Notes: generated by a model from the sequence alone, not told the origin. Shown: positions 9,692 through 24,246, numbered from the stretch's first letter. The stretch: DNA of 58,848 bases from Paraphysomonas bandaiensis (GCA_965644295.1 CBFFRP010000331.1:1-58848), one strand, 5' to 3'. Made by a program: numbers and translations.

Positions 9692-10981
9692 TCACGGGGA
9701 CTGACTTATTAGCCTTATGGCAGTTAGGGGAAACAGTAATATGCCCTTCTGAGATTTGCGATCTGGTGGCCTTCCTTTAGGCATTGTTCCAAGTGGCTCG
9801 GAGGTATGTGGATGAAGGTCTTGCAAAAGGTTATGGCCTACTGTGAAGAAGCGTCGAAATCGGCTCTTTTGCTGTCTTAGCCAGCGGTAGAGAACACATG
9901 CAAGAGGGTGTATAGCTGTACAGGGGTGGGATGTGAGGGTCATCCGGTGTGTCCAGCTACAGGGAGTCGAGAGGGAGTGTGATGGTGCAAGAGAGGCAAC
10001 ATCTGATTGAGGAGAGTGAGACTGCGCAACAGAACAAGAGTCACTGAGGTCGAGTACTCTGATAGACCTATGCACGAGATGATCGTGATGATGATGATGG
10101 TCTGGAGGAGACACTCGGACGTCCTCAGCTGCCCTTGTTAGTGTCTGTGTTGGTGCAGGGGGGTACAGACTGAGGCATAGAGAGTGTGTGTAAGGAAGAT
10201 GACGGCAAGGTATCAGAGACGAAGGGAGAGACGATAGTTTGTCCGGGGGTTTTCTAGGAGGAGGTAGAGTGTACTGTGTGTGTGTATGACACTGCAGTGG
10301 TGTTATGAGTGTGTTGGACAGAGAGAGAGAGCTGGAGATGTGTCCAACAGTACAGGTAGACAGGTACATGGACATGGTGATGTGTCCAACAGTACAGGTA
10401 GACAGGTACATGGACATGGTGATGTGTCCAACAGTACAGGTATACACGGAATGGTATACATCCTGTAGGACACAGTAGTACAGTAGTCGAGTATACCGTA
10501 TGCGGAATACAGTGTCTATCCAATGAGATGGATGGGCTGTGGGGGTGATAGGTGAACAGGGTGAGGGGGTAGCCTGCTTGGTGCATAGACCACAGACAAA
10601 CCATGTTGGGTTGGGTTGAGTGGGCGGCAGAAGGCAGCCCTGTTGCACAGTTGAGAGGGATCGAGAGTATTCAGTGATTGTATAGGGGGTCCATGGGGGT
10701 CGTTTTCGTGAGCCTGCTCGCACGAGCCATGTTCTGAGAGGTTGTAGCCTTAGAAAGCGATGGGTGAGACGAAGTTGTCTGCTGAGGGGATAGCACGTAG
10801 GTGCGGTCAGCGCTGCATTGGTGCAGGCACGTGGTTTAACTGAAGTAGTTGAGTAGGGTGAAGGTTGCAAGGCCAGGCAGGGGGGCTTGGAGCGTGTACA
10901 ACATGGTGTGACAGGTAATTTGTCGGAAGCGTGGTGGTCAACAAAATGCAGCAGTAAGGGAGTGTAAAAGGCCCTGGGCAC
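9692..10981 (-). other. Retroelement-associated low-complexity ORF (Pro/Thr/His-rich) containing RKPPD and PKGRPPD
   Basis: 429-codon ORF without an ATG start. It shares the PKGRPPD motif with the LINE ORF2 end. No recognisable domain. Confidence 0.4.
10337..10441. repeat. 42-bp tandem repeat, about 2.5 copies
   Basis: gatgtgtccaacagtacaggtagacaggtacatggacatggt repeated. Confidence 0.9.
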
Positions 10982-11109
10982 ACTGATGCCTAACCCTAAT
11001 CGAATAGTAAGACTCTTATGTATCTATTGTTCAGTATATATGCTTAGTCTGTAGCCTATTGTGTTTAGTTAAATCCCATATTTTTGGGGGTTTGCGCATG
11101 TTTGAGTAT

Positions 11110-12600
11110 TGAAAGTCTTTTTATTTAGCAATAGGCGTTAAAAACTCATACCAATATAATGACTAGTTGAATGCTAGACATACTAGTTAGACCTCGTCGC
11201 CGCAAGCACCAAGGTGCGACCTCTTCCGTTCTTAATGTTGTTTGTGCATTTCGCCCTGCTCGTGTGTCTTAGGACTCACTGGCGCGTGTTGTCCGGGGGT
11301 CTCCCCTTGGGATAAGGTTCCGCCAGGCTGTGAAGTACAGGGTTTTGCATTAAGGTCCTGAGTGTACCGAGCTGAGAGGTTGATGGTGTGGTGGAATGTG
11401 GCGAGGCACCCTTCAGCGACGTTCTGCTCGAAAGCATTGCAGCAAATAGCGATTGTACAAGGAACGTAGCATGGGTACGATCACACCCCGAACGACGTAC
11501 CACTGATGAGTCTGAATGGACATATGAAGACAAAAGGAATTTACATTGCCGACGCAGTAGCAGGAGAGGACTGGCTTGAGGTAGATAGACTACTCGGACG
11601 ACAAAATTACACTGTCTGTAAAATAGTAGTGGACCAAGCCATTGAGCGAAAACTCACCGAGGGTTTATGGCACTGGCGCCTAACTGGGGAACGACGGCCG
11701 TATCGCACTAGCCCCCTGCTCACGGACTTCCGATCCCTCCGCTATCAACGGACGCTGGAGGCTTACACTACCCTCAGAGAGACCAACGCTACGGTCACAA
11801 TCCCGACCGGGCTCCTGGATATTGAAAAGACAGTGGAGCACTACTTCCGCGCAAACTGGCGCAAGCAGATGGTGGACCATCAAAGGACAAATTGAGTTCC
11901 CACCTGCGCCAGCGAGTACTCAATGCAGCACTGACATGGGACAAATCTTTCAGAATAGTAGGAAGAAACCGGACGAAAACCAAACACGGACTCGACCTGG
12001 CTAAAGTCGTATGTTCTGACTGCGGATTTAGACTAAACTCACTCAAGCATATGTGTCTAGACTGTACAAATGACTCCATAACGCAGATAAGGTGGGGTTC
12101 ATATGTGTGGTGGGCGGTGTTCCAGTCTCGGTTCATCTGTGGATTCCTAGTAGTCTTATAGCACCTTTGGGCGTTTCCATTTCTGTCTATGTTTTGGACG
12201 CGGTCGCGGTAGTAGCCTTGGGGAACCTTTCTGTAGGGTAACGTATCGTCTACTTCGATCTTGGATCATTAGCTTTGCTGCAGCGAAAAGCGGTACAAGT
12301 AATCTGATGACCGCTGATTCGAAGCTACGCAGTCCTTGGGATGTCAGTGAATTATGGATGTAATCTCCAAAAACCGTCTCGAGTTGTGCAGTTGTGATGG
12401 TACCCGACGTCTGGTAGAAAGTGATTCGTGTGTGCGTATGCAGACAGACAGCCTTACAGTCCCTGTTTATCGGTATGTGTGCAGGGAGACGCGCAGATAG
12501 TATAAGCGCCATTGCAGCTCCCATGAGTTCGTATGCATACGGGCCAAGTCCAGGAACGTCGCTGAAGGGTTTCTCTAATCGCAGTATTTATGTGGTACCG
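11110..12600. mobile_element. Scrambled, degenerate copy of the non-LTR element with an internal inversion
   Basis: Minus-strand 3' end (PKGRPPD, 11276-11400), a frameshifted plus-strand RNase H-to-CCHC segment (11420-12090), and minus-strand C-terminal and RNase H pieces (12156-12600). All are clearly homologous to ORF 1681-4791. Confidence 0.9.
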
Positions 12601-14065
12601 GTCTACCAGTCATGTTCCGATTATGTTAATGATACATATACAGAACTCCCAGTTGATTTAAAAGAGAATTTCGTATGGAGCACAGTGGTTATACAATGAC
12701 GATGTCGTGGATAGAATGTATTGTTATTGGAGGGTAACAGTGGTATTGGAGGAGAGTAACAGTGGCTTGTCTCTGCGTTGAACACCACACGTAGACAAGG
12801 TTGCATGGCTCAAGTAGCATGCAACACAACAGCGGCTGACGGTGGTAACGGTGAGATGGAGGTCATGGAAGATAAGGGTTGAAGGAGAAATAGTGGCATA
12901 GTGTTAGAGGAGAGAGTAGATTCAGTGAGGGTGTGTGATCTGGAGGGCGTATACATCAGAATACTGGAGTGGTAGGAAGGAGCGTATTAGGGCTGTGTAG
13001 TGGTGGGAGCCGTATGTTGGGAGTTCCTACTGCATGTACTCTGCAAAATATACGGTGTTTTGCAGTGATATAGGGTGCGTGTATAATATTGCTGAGTATC
13101 GGTGTCGGATATGCAGACTGCGGGGATTGCACTGGGGGAAGCCATGCTGTGGGGCAGAGCCACACTGCCAAGGCTGCATCCCTGCACTGGAGTGTGTGAA
13201 GGCTCAATTGTTTGATGGGCGGCCAAAGGCCTATATATGTAGCTGTATGGAAGTTGTGGTGCATTGGACAATTTGTAGTTGTAGTGTGGTCACTGTAAGG
13301 TGGATGTGGTCATGTGGACTGTGGTAGAACGTGAAAATAGAAGATTTCTTAAATGGTGCCTGCTGCTTCCTAGAGCTAGAGAATTATTCGTTTTCTCCAT
13401 CACATAACAAAGCTTACGTCGAGCTTCTCGTGACTATGCACGACTCTTTATAAGCCTAGCCTGGTATTGGTTGAGCCCCCTTTTCTTGTAATCCCATATG
13501 GCCAATGCAAGTATAGTGTAGATCTAGCTAAGGGTTGCTTGATGCCGATACACAAAACAATCTATACGTTACTAGCTCAGTCACTACCGCACGCCCTCGG
13601 AATCGGACAGAATTATAATATTATATAGTGTGTGTAATAGGTGAAAGTACATTATATTATTATAATACAAAATATATATGTATGTACTTAACATAGTGAA
13701 TGTCTATCAGGCCAATCCACAGCTTGTAACTATATATTGAGTGCAACGGGTCGTCCCTTGTAAGTGATAGGGAACAGGTTTTTCATATATTATGCTATGG
13801 GATATATTTTTACATATAGAGCTTAACTGATGCGTTTAACTAGAAGGGATATATATATGTCGTGGTCGTGTTACTGTAAGTATATATACATACGGCATGG
13901 CTTGAATGCAAGTGTAAGCCGTTGATTTTATACGTGACTTAGAGAACTAGTTTTTTTTTATACGTTTTAACTTAATTCTTTCTTTCCACGATGACACCAC
14001 ACGGGACACTTTGGGGATGGAAGTGTTTCTTCCTAGGGAGTGGACTACACTCAAAATGACTACAC

Positions 14066-14480
14066 TCAAGATCTCATAACTAGTCGATACGGAATTGGAG
14101 CTGTTCGATACCGAATTGGAGCTGTGGTTCGGCGTTGTGGGTGCGAGCGCAAGGGCAGGTAAACATTCGTAGAAGAGACCTTGGGGTTTAGAACCAAGTG
14201 CTCTTCGTGAGCCTTCTGCTGATCTAGTGTGACGGCTTGACAGTCTGTGCAGAGGCGGATTGTGTAGTGAGAGGAACCTGTCACTGTAAAGGCTGCCGTG
14301 GTGGCAAGGGTGTAGTCGCAGTATGCGTGTATTCCTGGGGTGTCCGAGTGTGGCGCTGTGAGTCTTAGTGTCTTAACTTTTGTGTTGGTCCATCGGCAAA
14401 TGTGCAGGGGTGAGGGCCGTGCTTTTGTAAGATCAGATCTATCTGTGAAGTCGTCGTGGGTCGTCGAGTAGTGTGAGCTC
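14066..14480 (-). pseudogene. Degenerate RNase H fragment of a more distant related retroelement
   Basis: TDCQAV and RSHPQRRT match TDCQAV and RSHPERRT of the intact ORF2. Confidence 0.55.
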
Positions 14481-15609
14481 TATATGATAAGCTTTATACT
14501 TTTATAGATACTAAGATCTCTACGTCGGCACCATCCAACTCGTCAGGAAATGATATCCGGTCTAGCAGAACTTCGTGATCTAAAATATGAGAAGAAATGA
14601 TGATCCTCCACCTGTTTCTGATCCTGAACCAACTAGTAATGTGCCTCCAGCGGCTGTTGCCGCGTCGTCTCCGAACATAGGTACTGAAACTACTGTAAGT
14701 AGTAGTGGTGAACATGCGTATATGCAATGTATCCAAAATCAGGCTATTCAGTTAGTTGGAGCGTTTACAGTCTCAAGAGAGGCAGACGTAGCTATAATAA
14801 ATAAATACTACTAATAACAACTACTATACTAGCGACTTTTAACTTCTCAGATAAAAATTATACAGTAAAATAATGACTCAATAATTAGATATGAAACCTG
14901 GTGAAATCACTTTTCCAGGTTTTGGTATTACCTCGACTTAACCCAAAAGCAATATGGCTATAGCTCTAATTTGCTCTTCACTAGCATTGACAATGGTTGA
15001 ATCTAACCCTTCTAGCATTACTCATAGGGTCGTTCTTACGGACTCTCGTTCTCTATATCAAGCGCCTCTTCATCCATAATAATCAACAATATAAATAAAT
15101 AACAATGAATATGTCTAGAACTACAATACTATCTACAAGCAACTTTCAGAGTACAGAAAATGCATCTTATTATCAATAATCAATATTGTACATATTATAC
15201 ATATGATTCCCAGGGCAGAGGAAGGCCTAGAGGAAATGACCTTCATCCATATACATTACTAATAGCTCAGCCTTATCACAACTGATTCATCATTAATGCA
15301 TAAGGGAAGATACATTCAGTATTCTCATTATTGTAGTTGAAACCTTGTATACGTACTTCCAAGTAGTGTTCAATAAGCAATAAGTACCTAATGAAATACA
15401 TAAAGTACAACTGTATTGCTGGATAATCTGGCACTACACGTCTATCAGCGTGGATATCAAACCCGGAATTCTCTTGTAATTTTTTCCAGCCTTAACCATT
15501 AATATATTTATATAATAGGAACATATACATCAATCATAATATATATCTTCATCATTGAACTTCATTATTGGTAATCCTGTCTTTCTTTGTCTTTTGAATG
15601 GATATATAC

Positions 15610-17134
15610 CAGGCTTGCGTAACAATTAATTGGCGACAGGTGTCCAACAATAACAACTGCAATTATTAATCAAGCATCCAATTAATTGCCTTTAATTCTA
15701 TTGAAAGATTTTAGAAACATCCCAAAGAAACATTAACATTTCCACGAAGAAAATTCAACATTTCAAGGTGTCTAGTAGGTGTCTAGGTGTCATTCGCTTA
15801 AAAAAATCCAGTCATAACAATCTTAGCTCTGCTAAAAACAACCTCACACAAACATTGGTCAGTTCTATACAAATACTTCATTCAACGATATCGTGTTGGA
15901 AGTTTGATGCGTGCTTTTTGGCGATTTTGGTTGCCTTTAAAAGTAGTAAACGAATGGCCTCGACTTCCTCCTCATCATCTTTCTCTTCATCAAGTTCAAC
16001 CTCGTGTGCAGGTACATCATTTACCAAAAAGCGTCGCACCTGTGCTTTTTCAGCGCGGTTCAGTTCTTCTTCCCCACCGCGCTGAGTTTTGACTACTGCT
16101 CTCTCCAAATCTGCCTTTTGAACAATTTCCGCGTCTGCACCCAGGTGAAATTTCATCCCAGGTACTGACGAATTAAATCATCATTTATTTGTTCATTCGA
16201 TGCCATCCTGTTGAATAAATAAGAATGATAAGTATGGCTATCCAATGCTTCTAGTCCATTACTGTTGTACACACACACTACGGATTCTCTGTATTAAGGC
16301 ATTCTTGCACACACACATACTTCTCTTCCTCTGATAGTGGCATCTCTATAAGAGACTGATTATCACTCTGTTGGCTCTTTACTAGTCTGATAGATTTATA
16401 CCACAACATTGGTGCACGAGAAATACAGGGAACTACCAGCCGTATTAGTCAGTGGGGAGGCTGTGAGCCACAGTTGAGCACTATGATTGGCTCAGGAAAG
16501 TACAAAAGTAGAGTAAGAGGAAAAGTTGTTGTTATGAGGACTCAGCGCGCCAAACAGGGTACAAGGCAAGCTGGGGGCAAGCTTTTGGGACATCTGGGCT
16601 TTGTTCTGGTCCACATTGGAGTGTAGAGTGAGGCTTGTTATGGCTAATTTAGTGCAACTTTGTGTTGGGCGGTATTTTGTTCCGAAGAGCAAAGAAAAGT
16701 GTAGGAGTACCTAACGGATACACTTATAACGTCATTTACACTACTATACTTGAATATTTCGAAGCAGTTGAATATGCTATCACATTACAATATTGTGCTA
16801 TGTATCTAGACGATTGTTATGGAGGTGCTCAGTTTGTTCTTTGCCAACGATCTTTGACATGATATTACTCTTGCATGCTGAGGTCTTAAAGTGTATACTA
16901 ACCCTAATTACGATTAATAAAATGATAACGTGACTGTGCACATACATCCATACTACTATGCTAGCATATAATGGGTGTGTACCTAAGATCAGTAGCTAGA
17001 TATCGTAAGATGCTATAATATATAATTTAGCCAGCCAATTAATTACAATTAATTGGCAATTAATTTGCAACAATTTCCAATAATAATAATTGACATTATC
17101 ACTTTTAAAGCCAAATAATTGTTACGCAAGCCTG
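15610..17134 (-). mobile_element. Non-autonomous hAT transposon
   Basis: Perfect 19-bp TIR CAGGCTTGCGTAACAATTA. 8-bp TSD atatatac/atatatat. Frameshifted C-terminal dimerisation-domain remnant (TNVC.RLF.SRAKIVMT...RMTPRHLEML.FLRGN) at about 15720-16156. Confidence 0.85.
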
Positions 17135-18516
17135 ATATATATGTATCAATGATTAGCATGAATTGTCATAGTCCTAATATATCATATATCTTACTGTGAA
17201 ATATGGCAATAATAATAATATTCAACCTATGTTGTACAAAGAGTATGAACAAACTTAAGCACATAAAATAGAGAGCTCACATAGTATAAAATAACCAGAT
17301 AGCTGGTTATTACGTTTTTTATGCTTCTTAACATTATTATTTTTTGACATTATTAACATAGATGCAGATACTTATAAATTATACTTTTACAGCAATAGAA
17401 CTCTTTAAAATCTTGGTAAAAAGAATGCTTAAAAGTTAAGGTGTTTATACTTTTTATATGTTGTGGCTTATCATGATTATTTACTTATTCAATACATACA
17501 TATTACTTAGGAAATACTTAAGATTTACTTAAGTTTTCTTTAAAATATCACCAGTGAAGATTGATCACATTTAGGAGACTGAAGCAACCTTCCATTATCC
17601 CGCCAAAACAATAGCAAGTGCGATTGGAATTGATTTTTCCAAATTACTGATCAACTCACTCGCATGTGATGGTATACTTAAATACCCATGAATCTGCACT
17701 CTCGCATCATTCAAGTCAACAAAAAATTGAAACCCCTGAAAACACTGGTCGTGGTATTTCTCAAAAGTAGGGTTGGAGTTCTGATTATCTGAAAATAAAT
17801 GTACTCCACGGAATTGTAGTTGAGATCAGGATTGAGAAGCATTGATCTGAGAATTTCCAGGTTCAAATCTTCTGCTGACAACTGATTGAATTTCGGATTA
17901 ACAGAAATATGGATTCAATTCTTCTGATGTCTGTTTCCAAGTTATTCTACTCAATTTCAACTCCCATTTCTTTTGCCCTTGTGATATCACTGGAAATACT
18001 CTCCGTGTTAGGGTAGACCACAATCGCGTCCATCAAGGTCCGTTTGGAAGCTTGTGGAAGTTTTTTCAATCCTTCAAGTTTATTATAAATCACAGCTTAT
18101 TAATCGATAATAATGAGACCTTTTTACGAGTAAGCGCATGCTTTGCTGTAAGTCCATATTAAAATATAGTCCCTGAGTCACTCAACTTCTCAGTTTATTA
18201 TTATGAGCATCTGGAGCCCACTCAAGCCCTGAGGAGGTTTTGAAAAGGTAGGATTTTCCAGTGGTTTTTGGTAGTTTTTCCAGTGGTTTATAAGAACACA
18301 AACCGCCCATTTTGCATTGGCATCCATCTTTCTCACCAAGAGGAGACTGTCGCACGGTCATCTCCAAGCGATATAAACAACAACTTCACAAGCAACAGTG
18401 TCACAAGACTCTCCTCTCTGCTTCCATGTTTCATGCAGGAGAAATTGTTCAATATTAATAAGTGGCGCAGTCAGTTCTTGTTGAAGGCCTGATCTCGCCT
18501 TTTCTACTATTGAAGT

Positions 18517-20704
18517 ATGTCTGTCTTTCAAGTTAGGTGGTTTAGGCAAAGCCTATTCGTGTGCTTTATTGTGGTTATTGTACTTGTTGGTGTTCAATTT
18601 TGGTCATTTCTTTCAAAAGATGAGCTAAAACCAGTCTCCGAAACGTGTAATTGGCGAGAAGGGGACCCACAATTATTTTTTCTGAAAACGATTTCAGGGG
18701 TCAACTATGATGGTGGACACTGGTTCCACGTAGCTGAAAACTTCATGGTGCAACATTCTATACTTAGAGCAGTAAAAGGAGAAGCCGTGTCACCAGAAGT
18801 GTATCTGGTGCCGGACAGAGGTGGTGCCACATCTACTGCACTTCACGGCACTTATTGTATATATATTTTTAGCGGCCTTTAACGACGAAATGAATGCCAT
18901 GACCAGATTCATGCTTGCACTAGGGCTGACATCTGGGGCTCCGTCATATCTGCATATTGGGCCGATATCGGTGGATATTAACAGTGTAAAGGCTGGTTCT
19001 GCTGTCCTTCTCAAGAAGAGTGATTTCCTGTTTCCGCCGGTAATTTAAGTGATGTAGCAACCTTTTTGAAATATGGAAGATTATATGTGTATATGGTGTC
19101 TTTTTATTGCAGGCAGTGTACTCAATGGCTGAGGAAATACCGGAGAGGTTTGTCGTCTCTCGGAGAGTGTACAATTCTCATGAGGAAAGGAGTGTATGCA
19201 TGAAGTACATGGGCACTGTTGGTGGCGAGTGGCCGACGCCACAGGTAGTATTACCCTGTTATTTAAAATGCATAATCTCGAATAAACGTTTTCCATAGAG
19301 AGGGCACTGGTTTCCCAACAAGGATGACGTGCAAAGTTTCAGGTGATGTCACAATCGATTTCATACCCTGTGTATCGTATATTGCACCTATTTAAAGACT
19401 TTAATAACGACGTTATGCATATTTTCTTATATCGAGTACCGAAACGATCATGTAACTGAATGTCACGTGTTGATAGGTCCAAAATAGCATCATTGTGTGC
19501 TATGAAATTTCCATCCAAGGTATTCTTCAAGCCGGTTTTGTGTTTTCTTGCTGACTTTTATTAGGCCTATATCAAAAACAAGCCGTACAAAATGGTGATA
19601 TATCAGCGTGACCTGTCAAGGTATTACTACTATACATTTGATTATTATATCACCTATAGAGCTATTGAAATGTATGCGGTATTCCTCCGTCGTATAGTAC
19701 CCTGTTAGTATCCTACATTGTAAAGAGTTCCCACATACAGACTGCACTTCTCTTGTCAATGGTATCGAGAAATGATATTTTGATGGATGTACTGATGTAT
19801 GCCGTTTGTCACACTTTACACTAAACCATTTGACCCTTAGGGTGATTGTAGACATTGATCGCGTGATAGCCACTATACGAGAAAAAATGCCTTCCAGTGA
19901 GGACTGGGAAATCAGTGTTCTGATTCACGACAACAACCGCTCGCCGTGTTCATTAGCGGCGGAACTGAATAATGCTGATGTGCTTGTAACGGCTCATGGC
20001 TTTCAGGTGAGCTTATGGAACAGTTCTGGAATTATTGTATATATGTGTACCAATGGCTGTGTGTGTTTTCAATATTTAATATCTTGCTCTGCCTCAAATT
20101 GATGCAGAGTATGCTCTTACTGTTTCTGCCTCGTCCTTCTCTTCTATTCGAAGTATATCCCTATAGATACTACAAGCCTGCTTATGGTCCACTTTCCTCT
20201 GAATATGGTATGAATGCACTTTTTACTCATCTGTCAGGAATAGCGTGCTGTGAAGTTGCTAAGTAAAGTGCGGAGACTTTTTCGTATTATATAGTATGTT
20301 CTTCCCTGTCCCCGTTGTGATTTTTTAATGCAGGTGTTCATCATGGTAGTGTAATGTCCACACCACAAAGCATGTGGAATCGATTAGTCCTTGCTGGCAT
20401 CACTACTGAGACCTGCATGACCACCAAAATATGTCGAGAGTTCGCTCGTAGCGATAATGTAGCGTAAGTCAATGTTCATATGATATCTAGCAAGGATATG
20501 CAGTGAAGTCATATTTAATGCCGCATTAGTTAGCAGTAGAAGTGTCAGCATTGTGTGACTTTGTCGTCATATCTTTTTTGTAGGCTGACAGAAAGAGGAA
20601 TACAAGAACTGATCGGGTCTATAGAAACACTGTTGCAGTCCTTCAAAGCCTCCCGTAGCCAAGCAGACACTTTATACCCTTTGTTAGATGCAGTAAAATC
20701 GTAA
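18517..20704 (+). CDS. Type II membrane glycosyltransferase family 61-like protein (multi-exon)
   Basis: N-terminal signal anchor. Motifs GGHWFH, YQRD and DVLVTAHGFQSMLLLFLPRPSLLFEVYPYRYYKPAY. Stop codon at 20702-20704. Confidence 0.7.
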
Positions 20705-21050
20705 CTACTGAAACAACATATAGCTGAGAATGATAATAATGAGTGGACTGTGTATGTATAGTGCGTTAAATGCATTTCATGAGCTAACCGTTATGGCATA
20801 TATTACGCAATCTACCATGAACTAAAACTAGCTAAAAGAATATATATATCTTATACACCGTGGCAGTTTTGACCGGACCTCTGGTGCTGAGTTTTGCTAG
20901 ATTGAGCAATTAAAAGATGTTTTTCGAATTATAACCGTTAGATTAAGAATAAAGTACTTGAAAACTGTTGTACTTGTACATGAATTAATGATATGATACG
21001 AATTATGTTAGAGAAACTGAAATGCTTTTACTGTATAAGATCGTGTCTAT

Positions 21051-22077
21051 CACGGCTGCGTATCAATTAATTGACGCAGGTTGTAGTCAATTAGATGAGT
21101 CAAGATTTTGCGGAACCCCGTCAGAATGTAGTAAAATTGGGTATGACAAGTATGGGTGATTTAGGAGGTTGTTATGGCTGAAGAATAAGATGAAGTGATG
21201 TAGGTTGCAGTATGAGATGAGATGTAGGTGGCAGGGCCAGTCAACAATATATTGCAATATATATATTGCTAGCAAAAATAAAAAATAATAATAATAATAA
21301 TATTTTCAAGACCAATAATAATGATTAATTATCCAATGAATAAGTCAATTGGGTGCCTTATGATGAGTTCGTCAAACAATGTACGAACATCGTGGAGGTC
21401 AAGCTCGTGTTCACTTCTGTAATTATTGTAAGGACACTACTTGAAACAAGTCTATAACAAAACCCGGTTTGACAACCAAAGTAACAGTGTATATCACACA
21501 AAGCACACAAATGTAAACGACAATGTATTATTATGTTTGACTGCTTTAACTGCAACCTTATGTCCAGTTAATGATTTGCCATGCGATGACAATTCCAATT
21601 CCTTCCGTAATTGCACGAGCTTGGCATGCTCCTTTTCACTTGGCATTAGACTTAACACGTCGGAACCAAACTCGCATGATCGCAAATGATTAGATAGAAG
21701 CAAGTAGCGGTCAATCATGGAAAAATGTGGAGCCCCTTTTCCAACAAAAGACAAGTCTCTACATCATCATATTGCAACCTCTTCGTTATTAGCACTTATT
21801 TTCTCAAAGAACACTCGTGCAATGACTTCTGGTGCTCATATTGCTGATTAATTAAATTAATTACTATGTGAGATAATCCTATGGATATTATGTATTTCAT
21901 CAATTGGAATTTTTCTATAAAATTGCCGTTTTTGACAAATCTTTAGCATAAAAAGGTGGTATTTTTATATCAGTTAATTGAAGCAAGCTAGAGTCGATTA
22001 TAATTGCAATTATGATTTAATATCCCAATTTTAATTGTTGCAATTTCAAAAACTAATTGAAATACTACGCAGCCCTG
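21051..22077 (-). mobile_element. Second non-autonomous hAT transposon
   Basis: Imperfect TIRs CACGGCTGCGTA / CAGGGCTGCGTA. 8-bp TSD gtgtctat/gtgtctgt. Transposase remnants FSMIDRYLLL and LDLHDVRTLFD. Confidence 0.75.
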
Positions 22078-22428
22078 GTGTCTGTCTAAGATCTGATAAT
22101 ATTGATAGGCAAGTGAAGAGTTTAAAAGAGTAGTGAATACCTATGAGTGCTGAGCGCTGTTGATTATAACTTTTATTTACTGATTATTAAGTGAGTAAAA
22201 AGTTCAGCTATTGAACTTAACCGTCCAAATGTCGAATCTAGAAATGTGCGTGCGTATATGCTGTAAAAAAGACTTTGGAAAAGTGTTCAGGAAGGGAAAC
22301 GAATGCCTTACTTACTTAATTCAAAATAGTAACCTGTCTGTTCTCCTACGCATAAGAGAAATAGATAGAACACTCAAATTCATGTTCTGTTTGCATCAGT
22401 GAATACCTCACTCATTGCAACCACGCAA

Positions 22429-23745
22429 TCAGCAAGCAGCCTCCAGCTGCGGCTTGATGATACCCTCAAGCTTAACGATGTCTACTGCGAAGTTGCGAAT
22501 TCCCTCTGCGAGTTTCTCTGTAGCCATGGCATCCTGGTTTAGCTGCCATCTACATAATTCACATATCATTTTAACGGTGGAAAATACAACTTCATGTCAC
22601 CTGAAGGACTTCTCGTCAACCGGCACCCTCTCACCAGAGTACAACTCGGCTGCTCTCTCTGGAGTGAGCACACGGTTAACAGTATCAGAGCAGCTTTTGA
22701 GTTCCTTTAACAGGGCAGGAGAGATAGTAAGCTTATCACACCCCGACAGACATAGGATCTCATCCTTGTTGCGGAACGACGCGCCTGTGGTCATTATCAA
22801 CGAGAACACGTACCAGCCAGCAGCTACTTACCCATAACGATGGTAGGGTAGGAAAACTTTTTGAAGTACCCATAGATGCTCTGCACGCTCAGTACACCAG
22901 GGTCCTCGGGTCCAGAGTAGGTCTCACCTACAAAACATTAATGACAGAGCGTAGAATCACATCAACACACCAGTCTTGGCTTTGTGCCAGTCCATTATTC
23001 TTCCAACGAATGGAGAGATCAGAGTGATACCGGCCTCAGCGCACGCAGCTGCCTGTACAAGAGAGAAGAGAAGGGTAAGGTTACATGTGATACCCTCCTT
23101 CTCGAGAATTTCTCCAGCACGGATACCCTCGTAGGTTGATGCAATCTTAAAAAAATATTATCCTTGCACGAAATGTTCACCATGTATTACCTTAATAAGG
23201 ATTCTAGATTTATCAATCCCGACCTCTTTGTACATCTCAATAATTCGACGTGCGCGATTCACGGTCTCCTCCGTGTCAAAGCTCAGCCTAGCATCTACCT
23301 GTGACGAAAATTATACACGATTGGACGTATACAACAACCGATTCTGACCTCAGTGGACACATATCCTGGTACTATTTTTGTAATCTCTGCACCAAAATTA
23401 ACAGCAAGTTTGTCCATGGCGATAGCGAGTTTCTCGTCGAATGTTTTGTCCGTATGCTGTGCAGCATACTCAATAGCACTGCGGACCAAGTGCTCGTACT
23501 GCGATAACTGCGCAGCTACATATATATTAACAAAGAACGGCGAAGAAGTGCGTCACGTCACCTTTGTAGATTAGAGACGGGTTGGTTGTCGCATCCTGGG
23601 GCTGATAGGTTTTAATGGCATCCACTTCACCAGTGTCGGCGACAACATTCGTCATCTGCCCCAGCTGAGAGAGCTGCGACTCTCCGTCAGTTCTAGCCTT
23701 CTTTGACGCAGGGCCATTGTCAGATGAAGCAACCATGGAAGACAT
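22429..23745 (-). CDS. TAL1: Transaldolase (multi-exon)
   Basis: Motifs [64 protein letters not shown] and [10 protein letters not shown]. Confidence 0.97.
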
Positions 23746-24246
23746 TTTGTGCGAGTAAGAGCTGTAAGGGTGAGTAGTAGTGTTACTTTATATCGTAATT
23801 GTGTTGTAGCCCACAATATGCATGCTACAATCTGTGCGTGTTATACGCTGTACTGCATGCATCCCGCATATCCAAACCTGGAGCATATTCTGCGTGTAGT
23901 ATGCCTGGTATATATATGTATATGTGTATGGTATTCTGCTCCACGTATAGTTTTTATGTAGACAAAGATTCCATTTTTGCGTTGAAGAAGGCCGGCGTAC
24001 ATACCGCATACGCTTATAAAACAACTGAAGTGTAGGCCAGTGACCGATATTCAACACGCTACCGGTACATCACCAGCAGCACGCACAAAGATATCTTCTT
24101 GGTGGGATGTTTACTAGTAGAGCTGAAGTTCAGAGTGGTGCGTGTTGGTGAGGGTGGGAGCTGAACCCTCTGAGAACTCATAGTTCCCTCTATCTATTTG
24201 TAAATCCAGTGGAATTCTTCGCATTGGTATTAGGAAGTGCACTGCT

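Noticed and set aside
10990-11000. Telomere-like CTAACCCTAA (also near 16898 and 40329)
   Set aside because: Only one or two units; expected by chance or as a telo-box
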